From positions 1 to 48,764 of the forward strand of contig JBFLZG010000156.1 of the NCBI GenBank assembly GCA_040756235.1: a stretch of DNA of 48,764 bases, written 5' to 3'. Each line of letters starts with the position of its first letter. The stretch's first letter is position 1. This DNA comes from a bacterium (GTDB lineage: Bacteria > Desulfobacterota > DSWW01). The notes beneath the pieces were generated by a model, which saw only the letters and a program-made list of their open reading frames with translations, did not search any database and was not told where the DNA came from. Positions 9,270 through 18,356 of this stretch are shown piece after piece. Made by a program: the position numbers and the translations under genes.

Positions 9270-10157
9270 TCATCGGATTTCGAGGAAATCCGCCAACTGC
9301 TCGTTGTACTCCTCAGGAGCTTCCTGCTGGACCCAGTGGCCGCAATTCTTGATGAAATGAAGGTCGAATGGCCCGTCTATGCGGTCCTTGACCGCGTGCG
9401 CAAGCTCCTTGGAAAGGGCCCTGTCCGTGTCCCCCCACACAGCCCTTACGGGGCACGGGATGCCGCGGCTTTTCCATCCGGCATCGACTCTCTCCGGGGA
9501 GTAATCCGCAAGCCTGAGGAGATTAGCCTTGTAATACATCATTCCGCCCCTCAGCCCGGATCTGCGCAATATCCTTTTCCAGGTGGCCATGACCTCGCGG
9601 TCGAGCTTCTCCTCTCGGACCGCGTACTTCTTCACCAGCTTGTCCAGTACCCAGAAGTCGTGCAGCGAGAACAAGGCCGAGGAAAGACTCGGAGCCAGGT
9701 TGAAGACAACGTACCAGCTTCTCAGCATCTGCATGAGGTTCTTCTGCCTGACGACCAGGTTGTAATAATCCCCAAGGTGCGCGCCGTCGGACCAGACCAG
9801 CTTGGTGACGGTCTCGGGATAGGTTTCGGCGTAATGGATCCCGATGACGGCGCCCCAGTCGTGAGATACCAGCACCGCCTCGCGGTATCCGAAGGCATCG
9901 ATCAATCCCCTCACGTCCTTCAGGAGAACGTCGAGCGTGTAATCCGCGACCGCCCGGGGCGCGGACGTCTCTCCGTAACCCCGCATGTCGGGGACAACGA
10001 CCTTGAACTTCCGCGACAGGAGCGGCACCTGGTTCCGCCACGAGTAGTGCGTCTCCGGAAAACCGTGCAGGCAGAGGCACAAGGGGCCATCGCCTGCCAC
10101 TTTACAGTGGAACATGATCCCGTTCGCCGCTACGTGGACGCTTTCGGTGCCTTCCAT
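9270..10157 (-). CDS. Alpha/beta hydrolase (epoxide hydrolase-like)
   Basis: LHGFPE, PDMRGYG, SHDWGA nucleophile Asp, RSWY, WGDTD and GHWVQQE; ATG at 10157. Confidence 0.9.
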   Translation of the reverse strand: MEGTESVHVAANGIMFHCKVAGDGPLCLCLHGFPETHYSWRNQVPLLSRKFKVVVPDMRGYGETSAPRAVADYTLDVLLKDVRGLIDAFGYREAVLVSHDWGAVIGIHYAETYPETVTKLVWSDGAHLGDYYNLVVRQKNLMQMLRSWYVVFNLAPSLSSALFSLHDFWVLDKLVKKYAVREEKLDREVMATWKRILRRSGLRGGMMYYKANLLRLADYSPERVDAGWKSRGIPCPVRAVWGDTDRALSKELAHAVKDRIDGPFDLHFIKNCGHWVQQEAPEEYNEQLADFLEIR

Positions 10158-10239
10158 GGGATCCCTCCCGGTCTGAAGCAGATCGGAACGCAAAAGGCTG
10201 GAGAGCCTTGAACACAAACTCGAGGAGCTTGTACCGTTC

Positions 10240-10917
10240 TCAAGCCCGTGTGCGGCCACCCCGAACAGCCGAACGGAGCCATCCGATGCCAAGGAAAAGG
10301 ATCAGGAGCGCCCCCCCGACGAGGAGCCGCAGATCCGGGACGGCCATTTCCGCTGACGTGGGCACGAGGATGAACTCCATGCCCATCCACTTCAAGTGCC
10401 CGATTTCCTCATAGTGCGCGTCCGTCAGCAACTCGAAAAACGCACGCCGTTGTGGATAACGGATGAAACCCAAGTTGGTCCAGTCATCCAGCCCGGGCCC
10501 GCCGCCGATCACGTTCTTCCCCTGAGCCTTGCCCCACACGGCCGGGATACCGCCCCGCTTGAACAACAACGGCATGGCGCCGTCTTCGTAGAGCCGGTTC
10601 GCTTCTTCGGCCGTTCCGGCAAAGTCCGCGGGTGCACCCGGGAACAAGTACGGCTTCTCGCGGGCGCGCATCAGGTTCAGCATATACACCGGCCCGCCGT
10701 CATCCGCCGCGCCCCACGAGCGGAGCCGTTCCAGCACATCCTTCTTCGCTTCCTCGGGAACGTTCGCATGCTTCTCCAACTTCGATATATAGGCATCGAC
10801 CTCATCCCGGGTGAGCTTGCCCCTGCCCCAGCCTCCGTACCAGAAGGAAAAGATCGCGTACAGTGCAATGCAAACGGCCCCTAAGACGATCTCGAACCGC
10901 AACCTCTTCCGGTTCAT
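10240..10917 (-). CDS. Membrane-anchored DUF1330-like protein
   Basis: DDGGPVYMLNLM and IRYPQRRAF motifs flanked by N- and C-terminal hydrophobic helices; ATG at 10917 after GGAGG. Confidence 0.6.
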   Translation of the reverse strand: MNRKRLRFEIVLGAVCIALYAIFSFWYGGWGRGKLTRDEVDAYISKLEKHANVPEEAKKDVLERLRSWGAADDGGPVYMLNLMRAREKPYLFPGAPADFAGTAEEANRLYEDGAMPLLFKRGGIPAVWGKAQGKNVIGGGPGLDDWTNLGFIRYPQRRAFFELLTDAHYEEIGHLKWMGMEFILVPTSAEMAVPDLRLLVGGALLILFLGIGWLRSAVRGGRTRA

Positions 10918-11026
10918 GACCTGCCTCCCGTGAACTTCCGATTCCCTTCCATGGCTGTATGCAAGGGCCCCCCCTTTTCGGCAGCGCGCTGGCTCCCGCG
11001 TCCCTCGTTTTGCGCCCCTTGACCAT

Positions 11027-11766
11027 CTACTTGCACAGTTTTTGAAAACCGGCAAGGGAAAAATCGTTCAGGTCCCAGGGGAGGAGCGCTCTCAGCTCGT
11101 TTCCCGGGCCGGAAACCAAGATCACGGTCGCGTGATCCATGCGGTCGTCCGTGCGATCATCACCCTGGGCGTTACGACTTTGACCTTTTGGTCCGGGCTG
11201 CCGCCCGAGCTGGAGACCTGCCAGTAAGTCTTCCAGTAAGCATCCCCGCGGTCGTGAATCACTTTGAACCGCTCTTCCAGCAAGATCTCCCTCTCCAGGC
11301 CGGTCGTGCGCCCGATCCATTTGATGAACACGGTACTGAGGTAGGTCTGAAGGGAGTAATTGTAACAATACTTGTTCCACATGATTTTGGTGCCGGCCTG
11401 TGGATCCGTGAGGTCGATCTTGGGAAAGGGAAAGCCGTCGATATGCTCGGGTGACGTGCCGGTTTTGGGATCGACGATGCTGCCGTCTTCGCCCAACTCA
11501 TACCTGCCTGCGTTGGCCTCGAACGATGCCTGCGCACAGGGCATCACATATTCGCCGGGATCGTAGCTCAAAGCTCCCACCTGGAGGACATCGCCTTTCT
11601 TCACCCACTCCAGTATCGATTCCGGCAGCGAGCCTCTTGCCTCGTCCCAGTTGCTCTTGTCGATGACGTTTCCTGGCGTCAGGTCGGCCGGGACGGCAGG
11701 CACCCCCAAAAGAACCAGACAGGCCAAGAGAATGAACGATCCAATCGACATTTTGAAAGCTTTCAT
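11027..11766 (-). pseudogene. DUF1329-family exported protein with a large internal deletion and a frameshift
   Basis: N-terminus (PGNVIDKSNW, GFPFPKID, DPQAGTKIMWN) runs directly into late-domain KVIHDRGDAYWKT; after a 1-nt shift near 11152 the frame of ORF 11027..11380 continues TDDRMDHATVI...DFSLAGFQKLCK. Confidence 0.7.
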
Positions 11767-11854
11767 GCAAAGGCCCTCCTTTCGTGGATACGCGGGCAGA
11801 TTACTGCGACGTCCGGCGCATGTTGATCCGGCCGTCGAGCATTTCTTAGCGGGC

Positions 11855-12136
11855 TTACGGGAACCCGTTCACCCGGACCTCCGGATCTCCCCGCAGCAGA
11901 CTCGCTGTGCCGAGCAGAACCTGGAACAGCTCCGATTGAAAATAGCGATGGAGGTCTTCCGGCGATTCCCAGGTGCCGATCAGGAGAGAAACCATCCCGT
12001 CTTCCGCATCATGAAAGAAGCGCAGGCCCGTGCACCCCGGTTCCTGCCGTGTGAGCTTCACCAGGGACCGGATCGTCAGCAGGAACTCGTGATGCTTTCT
12101 GGGCTTAGAGATGAACTGCACGGTGACGAAATCCAA
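11855..12136 (-). CDS. Antibiotic biosynthesis monooxygenase (ABM)-fold protein
   Basis: TRQEPGC, WESPEDLHRYFQSELFQVLLG; probable TTG start at 12136 after GGAGG, downstream of a sigma54 promoter. Confidence 0.7.
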   Translation of the reverse strand: MDFVTVQFISKPRKHHEFLLTIRSLVKLTRQEPGCTGLRFFHDAEDGMVSLLIGTWESPEDLHRYFQSELFQVLLGTASLLRGDPEVRVNGFP

Positions 12137-12183
12137 GAACCTTCCCTCCCCTGAGCTGGCCGACACTTGCACGCCCTCGGAAT

Positions 12184-12198
12184 ACAAGTCCCGTGCCG
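12184..12198 (-). promoter_or_regulatory. Sigma54 -24/-12 promoter (variant -12 TTGT) for the ABM-DUF1329 genes
   Basis: Minus strand CGGCACGGGACTTGT vs consensus TGGCACNNNNNTTGC. Confidence 0.6.
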
Positions 12199-12283
12199 GG
12201 GCCGGATGGGTCCGTCAATCACTGGTTTCACATAGGATTTCGTCAAGCCAGGGGGAAGGAGGAGGACCGTGAAGCCGCCATTC

Positions 12284-12320
12284 TCGCAACATGCTGCAAA
12301 AACCTACGCAACATATTGCG
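12284..12320. promoter_or_regulatory. Tandem dyad sites (candidate bEBP upstream activator sequences)
   Basis: TCGCAACATGCTGCAA and CGCAACATATTGCG, centres 22 bp apart. Confidence 0.6.
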
Positions 12321-12335
12321 TGTCTGGCTTGTTCC

Positions 12336-14135
12336 TCATCTGGTAAGGGAAGGCTTCCGGATGCCGAGCTTCCGGATCCGAAAACGCAGCGTCGAGGGTT
12401 TCAGTCCCAGGATCAGGGCAGCTCCGTTGGGACCGCTCACGCGCCATTGTGTTTGTTTGAGCACGTGCACGAGGTGTTCTCGTTCGACGTCGGCCAGTGT
12501 TCGACGCGACTGCGGAGAGCTTTCTTCCTGGCCGGGCAAAGCCAGCTTCTCGCCCAACCTGAGCGAGTGCCCGGGCGTATTGATGACGGCCCGCTCGATC
12601 GTGTTCTCCAGTTCCCGGATGTTCCCGGGCCATGGGTACGCCTGGAGCTCGTGCAGGACTTGCTGGGGGATCCGCGTGATCTCCTTCCCCAGCTTCTTGC
12701 ACGATCTTGCCAGGAACCAGTTCACGAGGAGGGGAATATCCTCTTTGCGATCCCGCAGAGGAGGCACCGTGATGGGAAACACGTTCAGACGATACCACAA
12801 GTCCTTTCGAAAGCGCCCCGCATGCACTTCCTTCTCGAGGTCGCGATTCGAGGCCGCGATGATCCGGACATCCACCTTGACGGTGCGGGGACTCCCTAAG
12901 CGCTCGAACTCGCCGCTCTGGAGCACGCGGAGCAGCTTGGCCTGCAGCTCGAGAGGCAGCTCCCCGATCTCGTCGAGGAAGAGGGTCGAACCGTGGGCGA
13001 TCTCGAAACGGCCCTCCTGTCTCTGGTGAGCGCCGGTGAAGGCGCCCTTCTCATGTCCGAACAGCTCGCCCTCCATGAGCGTCCCGGGAAGGGCGGCACA
13101 GTTGACCTTGATGAGAGGACGGTCTTTGCGGCAGCTCTTGTCGTGGATGGCGCGGGCCACAAGCTCCTTTCCCGTACCGGTCTCGCCGAGGACGAGGACG
13201 GTCGTATCGGTAGGGGCAATCTGCTCGATCTTGAACAGCACGTACTTGATGGCCCTGCCTTTGCCGATGATTTCGCTGAAGTCGCCCTGGAGCCTGATCT
13301 CCTCGCGGAAATAGGCGTTTTCTGCCTGGAGCTGATTCTTGAGCCGTTTGATCTCTGCAAAGGAGCGTCTCAGCTTCTGTTCGGCAACCTTGCGCTCCAG
13401 AGCATTGGCAATGATTTCCCCGAGGACCTTGACTCTCTTCACAAAAGGCTCAGGCCACTGTCTCTCCCCCTGGAGATCGTCGAAGGTCAGAGCGCCAACT
13501 AGCCTCCCGCCGACCGTCAACGGGACCGCGACGTTCGACTTGATCTCGAAGAAGTCCAGGCTCTGTCGATCGATCGAGGCCTCCTCCGGAAGATTTCTCG
13601 TCGAAGGGTTACAAACAACTTCACCCCCTGCAAGTCTCCTGACGAACCACGGGAACTGACTCGCTTCGATCCTCATACCCTCAGGGAGCCTGCGAAGCGT
13701 ACCCGTCCTGCCCCAGACGTGCGTCGCATACGGTTCCTTCTTTCGGGGGTCCATCTGGTAAACGGTTCCACGGTCGACATCGAGGGACTCGACAAAGGTC
13801 CTGAGGGTTTGCTCGATCTCGTTGTCGACCGCGCTCGCCGGCACATGGACAAACTTCGCGGAAGTCTCGGAGAGGAGTTGTTCGAACCGAATCTGCTCTT
13901 GGATCGTCTGGCGGATCTCTCGGCTCGCCAGGGCGTGGGCAAAAATCCTGGCCGCCATTCGAATCTGCCGGACGACTTCGCCGGACAAGGGGGGGACGGC
14001 ACGGCAAGATCCGAGCTCGAGCACGCCTGTCGTTTGACCACCCGCCTCTAACAAAACCGACACGTACGAACGGATGCCGGTGCGGGTCAGATTCTCTCTG
14101 TCCAAAGGAGCCTGCTCAGGGAGCTCAGCGACGTT
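12336..14135 (-). CDS. Sigma54-dependent activator (GAF-GAF-AAA+-HTH, FhlA-like), N-terminally truncated with uncertain start
   Basis: GETGTGKE, ELFGHEKGAFTGA, LFLDEIG, RKDLWYRLNVFP, WPGNIRELEN and a C-terminal HTH; recognisable sequence begins mid-GAF near 14135; the upstream part of ORF 12336..14636 is out-of-frame readthrough of a different gene remnant. Confidence 0.85.
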   Translation of the reverse strand, partial: NVAELPEQAPLDRENLTRTGIRSYVSVLLEAGGQTTGVLELGSCRAVPPLSGEVVRQIRMAARIFAHALASREIRQTIQEQIRFEQLLSETSAKFVHVPASAVDNEIEQTLRTFVESLDVDRGTVYQMDPRKKEPYATHVWGRTGTLRRLPEGMRIEASQFPWFVRRLAGGEVVCNPSTRNLPEEASIDRQSLDFFEIKSNVAVPLTVGGRLVGALTFDDLQGERQWPEPFVKRVKVLGEIIANALERKVAEQKLRRSFAEIKRLKNQLQAENAYFREEIRLQGDFSEIIGKGRAIKYVLFKIEQIAPTDTTVLVLGETGTGKELVARAIHDKSCRKDRPLIKVNCAALPGTLMEGELFGHEKGAFTGAHQRQEGRFEIAHGSTLFLDEIGELPLELQAKLLRVLQSGEFERLGSPRTVKVDVRIIAASNRDLEKEVHAGRFRKDLWYRLNVFPITVPPLRDRKEDIPLLVNWFLARSCKKLGKEITRIPQQVLHELQAYPWPGNIRELENTIERAVINTPGHSLRLGEKLALPGQEESSPQSRRTLADVEREHLVHVLKQTQWRVSGPNGAALILGLKPSTLRFRIRKLGIRKPSLTR

Positions 14136-14455
14136 TTGGCGCGCCCGAGAGCAGGCTCCAGATCCTCGACTCTCTCCACGTACTCGCCGCGGCACCCCAG
14201 GCCTTCGCCGACCTTGTCCCACCGCACGGTCCCCATGTCGGTCCCAAAGGTCCTGCCGTAGAGCATGCGCTCGTTCGGCTCTTCCATGGTCCACGAGCCC
14301 TCCGCCATGACAACCGTCGTAATCCGCAGGTTCTCGCGCGCGGCAGAGCCCGGGCCCGGGTTGCCGAGCACGGCAGCCACCAGTCCGCTCGACCTGTACA
14401 TGCCCTCGGCCATGTGGACGGCTGCGGCCTCGTGGCGGACCGGGACGAATCGCAT
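14087..14455 (-). pseudogene. Thiamine-pyrophosphate enzyme (acetolactate synthase-like) with massive internal deletion
   Basis: N-terminal RHEAAAVHMAEG..GNPGPGSA fused in frame to C-terminal ARENLRITTVVMAEGSW..RWDKVGEGLGCRGEYVERVEDLEPAL; about 120 codons; the GDG motif is absent. Confidence 0.75.
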
Positions 14456-14504
14456 CCTGTAATCGTCCCGAGCGCCTCCCGAACCTTCCCTGCGAGCCTG
14501 GAAG

Positions 14505-14520
14505 TGCAGTCTCCGTGCCT
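14505..14520 (-). promoter_or_regulatory. Sigma54 -24/-12 promoter
   Basis: Minus strand AGGCACGGAGACTGCA (GG-N10-GC). Confidence 0.6.
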
Positions 14521-14537
14521 CGGCCAAATGCATCGGC

Positions 14538-14550
14538 CAAGTCATTGATT
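14538..14550 (-). promoter_or_regulatory. IHF-binding site
   Basis: Minus strand AATCAATGACTTG matches WATCAANNNNTTR exactly and lies between the dyad sites and the sigma54 promoter. Confidence 0.55.
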
Positions 14551-14606
14551 GCAGGAAAATTTTGCAAAGCAGGCAGACTCGCGGGATGGCCGGGGAGGCT
14601 CGCCTG

Positions 14607-14644
14607 GACAATATGTTGCCACGTCTTTCGCAACATGTTGCGAA
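14607..14644. promoter_or_regulatory. Tandem dyad sites (candidate bEBP upstream activator sequences)
   Basis: GACAATATGTTGCC and the perfect 18-bp palindrome TTCGCAACATGTTGCGAA (14627-14644), centres 22 bp apart. Confidence 0.65.
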
Positions 14645-14812
14645 TCGTGGGATCGGCCGCCGTCCATTTCCCATGCGCCGGGATTTTGATGGGAAAGGCA
14701 AAACCGGTAATATGGAGCCCGTCCCGATACCGCCCCTGGGGAGAAGCGGCCGGAGGGCAGCCCTCTGAAGGGGAGCGGAAGACCCGATTTGCACCAGGAC
14801 GGAAGGGGAAAC

Positions 14813-16471
14813 ATGGACGAGAGAGTCTTCGGACCTGGAGAGCCCTACGATTATCCGCTCATCATCAAGAAGCTGCTGACCACGCCGCTCATCTACGCGC
14901 CGGACCAGGAAATCGTGTATCGGGACAGGCGGCGCTACACCTATCGCACCCTCCACGAGCGCATCCACCGGCTCGCCCGGGGCCTGGCTGAAATGGGGGT
15001 CCGGCTCGGGGACACGGTTGCGGTGTTCGACTATGACAGCCACCGCTTCCTCGAGTGCTTCTTTGCGATCCCCATGATGGGGGCCGTGCTGCAGATGGTG
15101 AACTGGAGGCTCTCTGCGGACCAGATCCTTTACACCCTCAACCACGCCGGAGCCCGGCTCATCCTGATCCACGAGGACTTCCTGCCGGTCCTGGAAGGCA
15201 TCCGGCCGAAGCTGGAGAACGTCGAGAGAGTCGTCGTCCTGACCGAGGACGGCGATTCCGCGCATTCCCGGCCGCGTGCGGCCGCCGTGTACGAGACGAT
15301 GCTCGCGGAAGCTCGTCCGGACTATTCTTTCCCCGACCTGGACGAGAACACGAAGGCGACGACCTTCTACACCACCGGCACGACGGGCGATCCCAAGGGG
15401 GTCCACTTCACCCATCGGCAGCTCGTGCTCCACACGCTTTCCGTCGCTCTCGTAGAGGGGTCCTACGGCTCCGCCGGACTCTTCCGTTCCACGGACGTCT
15501 ACATGCCGATCACCCCCATGTTTCACGTCCACGCCTGGGGCAAGCCGTACGTGGCCACTCTGCTGGGTGCCAAGCAGGTCTATCCGGGCCGGTACGAGCC
15601 GGAGATGCTGCTCAAGCTGATCGCGACCGAGAAGGTGACCTTCTCCCACTGCGTGCCCACGATCCTGCAGATGATCCTGACGAGCCCGGCAGCCGCCGGC
15701 ATCGACCTTTCCGGCTGGAAGGTGCTCATCGGCGGGGCCAAGCTGCCCAAGGGGCTCGCCAGGGAGGCTCGAAAGCGCGGCATCATCATCCACGCCGGAT
15801 ACGGCATGTCGGAGACCTGTCCGGTCATCAGCCTCGCCCTGCCCAAGGAGCACATGAGGAGCTGGGAGGAAGACCGGCTGCTGGACGTGGTGGTCAAGAC
15901 CGGGCTGCCTTTGCCCCTGGTCGATCTGGAGGTCGTCGACGCCGAGGACCGGCCGCTTCCCCATGACGGCGTGACGACGGGCGAGGTCGTGTTGCGGGCC
16001 CCGTGGCTGACCAGGAGCTACTTCAAGGCACCGGACAAGACGAGGGAGCTGTGGCGCAACGGATGGCTCCACAGCGGCGACGTGGGACACATCGATCCCG
16101 AAGGGTACCTGCAGATCACTGACCGGATCAAAGACGTGATCAAGAGCGGCGGCGAGTGGATCTCTTCTCTCGACCTCGAGAACCAGATGAGCCAGCACGA
16201 AGCGGTCCTGGAATCGGCAGCCATCGGCGTTCCCGACGAGAAATGGGGAGAGCGCCCGCTCCTCGTGGTGGTGCTCAAGCCCGAGGCCAGAGGCAAGGTG
16301 ACGGCCGCGGACCTCCAGGCGCATCTGAAACTGGCAGCCGCCGAGGGCAAGCTGCCCCGGTACGGGGTCCCGGATCGCTTCGAGCTCGTGGACGCAATCC
16401 CCAAGACCAGCGTTGGAAAATTCGACAAGAAGCTGATGCGGCAGATCTACAGGCAGCCAGGGGACAAATAG
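14813..16471 (+). CDS. Fatty acid-CoA ligase (AlkK/medium-chain type)
   Basis: YTTGTTGDPKG AMP-binding loop, PMFHVHAWG, GYGMSET, GWLHSGD, DRIKDVIKSGGEWISS and PKTSVGK. Confidence 0.92.
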   Translation: MDERVFGPGEPYDYPLIIKKLLTTPLIYAPDQEIVYRDRRRYTYRTLHERIHRLARGLAEMGVRLGDTVAVFDYDSHRFLECFFAIPMMGAVLQMVNWRLSADQILYTLNHAGARLILIHEDFLPVLEGIRPKLENVERVVVLTEDGDSAHSRPRAAAVYETMLAEARPDYSFPDLDENTKATTFYTTGTTGDPKGVHFTHRQLVLHTLSVALVEGSYGSAGLFRSTDVYMPITPMFHVHAWGKPYVATLLGAKQVYPGRYEPEMLLKLIATEKVTFSHCVPTILQMILTSPAAAGIDLSGWKVLIGGAKLPKGLAREARKRGIIIHAGYGMSETCPVISLALPKEHMRSWEEDRLLDVVVKTGLPLPLVDLEVVDAEDRPLPHDGVTTGEVVLRAPWLTRSYFKAPDKTRELWRNGWLHSGDVGHIDPEGYLQITDRIKDVIKSGGEWISSLDLENQMSQHEAVLESAAIGVPDEKWGERPLLVVVLKPEARGKVTAADLQAHLKLAAAEGKLPRYGVPDRFELVDAIPKTSVGKFDKKLMRQIYRQPGDK

Positions 16472-16493
16472 CCCGGGAAAGGCGGGGGCGACC

Positions 16494-17297
16494 ATGCTGC
16501 GCAGGCTCTACACGCCGGTTGCCGGCCGGCCCATGCGGGTCGCCGGCTTCATGTCCGGGTCCGGCACCAATCTCGTAAAGGTTCTGGAGAGGCAGGCCGA
16601 GCTGGAGCGCGAGCCCTGCGGGTCGCCTTTCCGGGTGGTCGTGATCTTCACCGACAAGCCCGCGAGCAACGCCTCGGGGATCGGCCGGGAGCGGGGCATC
16701 CCGGTGGTGACAGAGGACATCCTGGCCTTCTACCGCGCCCGCGGCCACCGCGGCAAGCAGGACCTTTCCCTGAGGCCGGAGTTCGACAGGAGAGTGATCG
16801 AGGCGCTGGCGCCCTTCTCGATCGATGCCGTGGTGCTGGCCGGCTACATGAGCGTGGTGACCGCGCCACTGCTCGATGCCTTTGCCGGCAGGATCGTGAA
16901 CGTGCACCCGGCGGATCTGAGGATCCTGGAGGGAGGGAAGCGCCAGTACACGGGAGACCGGGCGGTGCGGGACGCCATTCTGGCGGGCGAGCCGTCGGTA
17001 CGCTCGAGCACCCACATCGTGCGGGCGGAGGTAGATTACGGGGAGGTCCTCATGGTGTCGAAGCCGGTGCCGGTCGTCCTGCCCCAAGGGCTCGGGCCTG
17101 GCGACCTCGCCCGGCCCGAGAACCGCGAGCTCGCGCGCAAGATCGCGGACGAGCACCAGGAGCGGCTGAAGCAGGCCGGCGACTGGGTCATCCTGCCGGC
17201 GACCCTGGAACGGATTGCCCGCGGGCGATACGGTCTGGACGAATCACACCGGGTATATCTGGACGGAGAGCCGTTGATCGACCCGGAAGTGCCTTGA
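16494..17297 (+). CDS. purN: Phosphoribosylglycinamide formyltransferase-like (long PurN-type) formyltransferase
   Basis: MSGSGTN phosphate loop, LAGYM, NVHPA and STH..EVDYG motifs. Confidence 0.65.
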   Translation: MLRRLYTPVAGRPMRVAGFMSGSGTNLVKVLERQAELEREPCGSPFRVVVIFTDKPASNASGIGRERGIPVVTEDILAFYRARGHRGKQDLSLRPEFDRRVIEALAPFSIDAVVLAGYMSVVTAPLLDAFAGRIVNVHPADLRILEGGKRQYTGDRAVRDAILAGEPSVRSSTHIVRAEVDYGEVLMVSKPVPVVLPQGLGPGDLARPENRELARKIADEHQERLKQAGDWVILPATLERIARGRYGLDESHRVYLDGEPLIDPEVP

Positions 17298-17334
17298 ATT
17301 CGATGGCGTATTCACGGGGGATTGCCACGCTCGC

Positions 17335-17498
17335 GGGCGACGCGTGCGTCGCCCCGGGAAGAGGTGTCAGTCTTTTCACACCTTCTCACCTCATCGAGGG
17401 GAGAAGGTCAGGGATGAGGGGTGAATCTGCTCCTGCTTCCCCCTCACCCCGACCCTCTCCCCCGCGCACGGGGGAGAGGGAGGTTTTTCAACAGTCTC
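17335..17498. repeat. Cluster of palindromic repeats plus an IS-end-like motif
   Basis: GGGCGACGCGTGCGTCGCCC (17335-17354); CCTTCTC..GAGAAGG and CCCTCACCCCGACCCTCTCCCCC..GGGGGAGAGGG units (17381-17480, similar to 31178-31284); TTTTTCAACAGTCTC at 17484-17498. Confidence 0.7.
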
Positions 17499-17598
17499 AC
17501 AAGGGGTGGTCCGCTGGCCTTCGTTCCAGCCGCGCGCGAGGGACATTCTCCCCTTGGAGCCCACCCGGTTGGCGGAGCGACACCGGAGGAAAGGGCGG

Positions 17599-18348
17599 AT
17601 GGATCTTCTCGCGAAGACCCGTGAGCTTTTTGCCGCTCGCGTGAGGGGGCGGGAACCGGACCTGTCCCTTCGAATCTCGGTGCGGCCGCTTTCGCCGGTC
17701 GAGGCGATCGGACCTACGGCAGATGAGGACTTTCCCATCCGGCGCGGAAAGGAGCAGGTCATCGAGGCCGATTTTCGGGGCTCCAGAGGCCAGGCTTTCA
17801 CCGACCGTCCGGCCCGCTGGCAGGGGACCCTGAAGGACTTGCTCGCCCTGGACCTCGAACAGGTTGCCGACCGCGCGGTCTTCGTGGCCGGGCTCAACGC
17901 CGTAATGCGAAGCTGGGACCAGGCCGGCGGGACTCTCCACTGCAGGAACGAGGACCCGGAACGGTGCGGACCGGAAATCGCGAGGATCGTCCGGGAACGC
18001 TTCGGGGAGACTGTCCGCGTGGGGCTGATCGGCCTGCAGCCCGCCCTGCTGCGCGCGCTCGTGGAACGCTTCGGCGCCTCCTCGGTAACGGTTTCGGACC
18101 TCAACCCCGAGAACATCGGACAGCGCCGCTCCGGCGTCAGCGTACTCGACGGTGAGCGCGACCTGGCACAGCTGGTCGAGGCGTGCGACGCGGGGCTGGC
18201 CACCGGCTCGGCCATCGTGAACGGCACCCTGGATGCGATTTTCGGTCGGTTCAGGAGCGCGGGCAAGCCGCTCGTGGTCTACGGGAACACCATCGCGGGG
18301 GTGGCGCAGCTCCTCGGGCTGGAACGCCTCTGCCCTTACGGCCGATAG
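17599..18348 (+). CDS. DUF364 / Rossmann-like domain protein
   Basis: EAIG, FPIRRGKEQVIEADF, GQAFTD, DLNPENIG, TGSAIVNGT and YGNTIAG motifs. Confidence 0.7.
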   Translation: MDLLAKTRELFAARVRGREPDLSLRISVRPLSPVEAIGPTADEDFPIRRGKEQVIEADFRGSRGQAFTDRPARWQGTLKDLLALDLEQVADRAVFVAGLNAVMRSWDQAGGTLHCRNEDPERCGPEIARIVRERFGETVRVGLIGLQPALLRALVERFGASSVTVSDLNPENIGQRRSGVSVLDGERDLAQLVEACDAGLATGSAIVNGTLDAIFGRFRSAGKPLVVYGNTIAGVAQLLGLERLCPYGR

Positions 18349-18356
18349 ACTAGGGC

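Noticed and set aside
11122..11124. TGA ending ORF 11122..11766 as possible selenocysteine readthrough
   Set aside because: The homologous-looking C-terminus continues in a different frame from about 11152, so this is a frameshift, not recoding.
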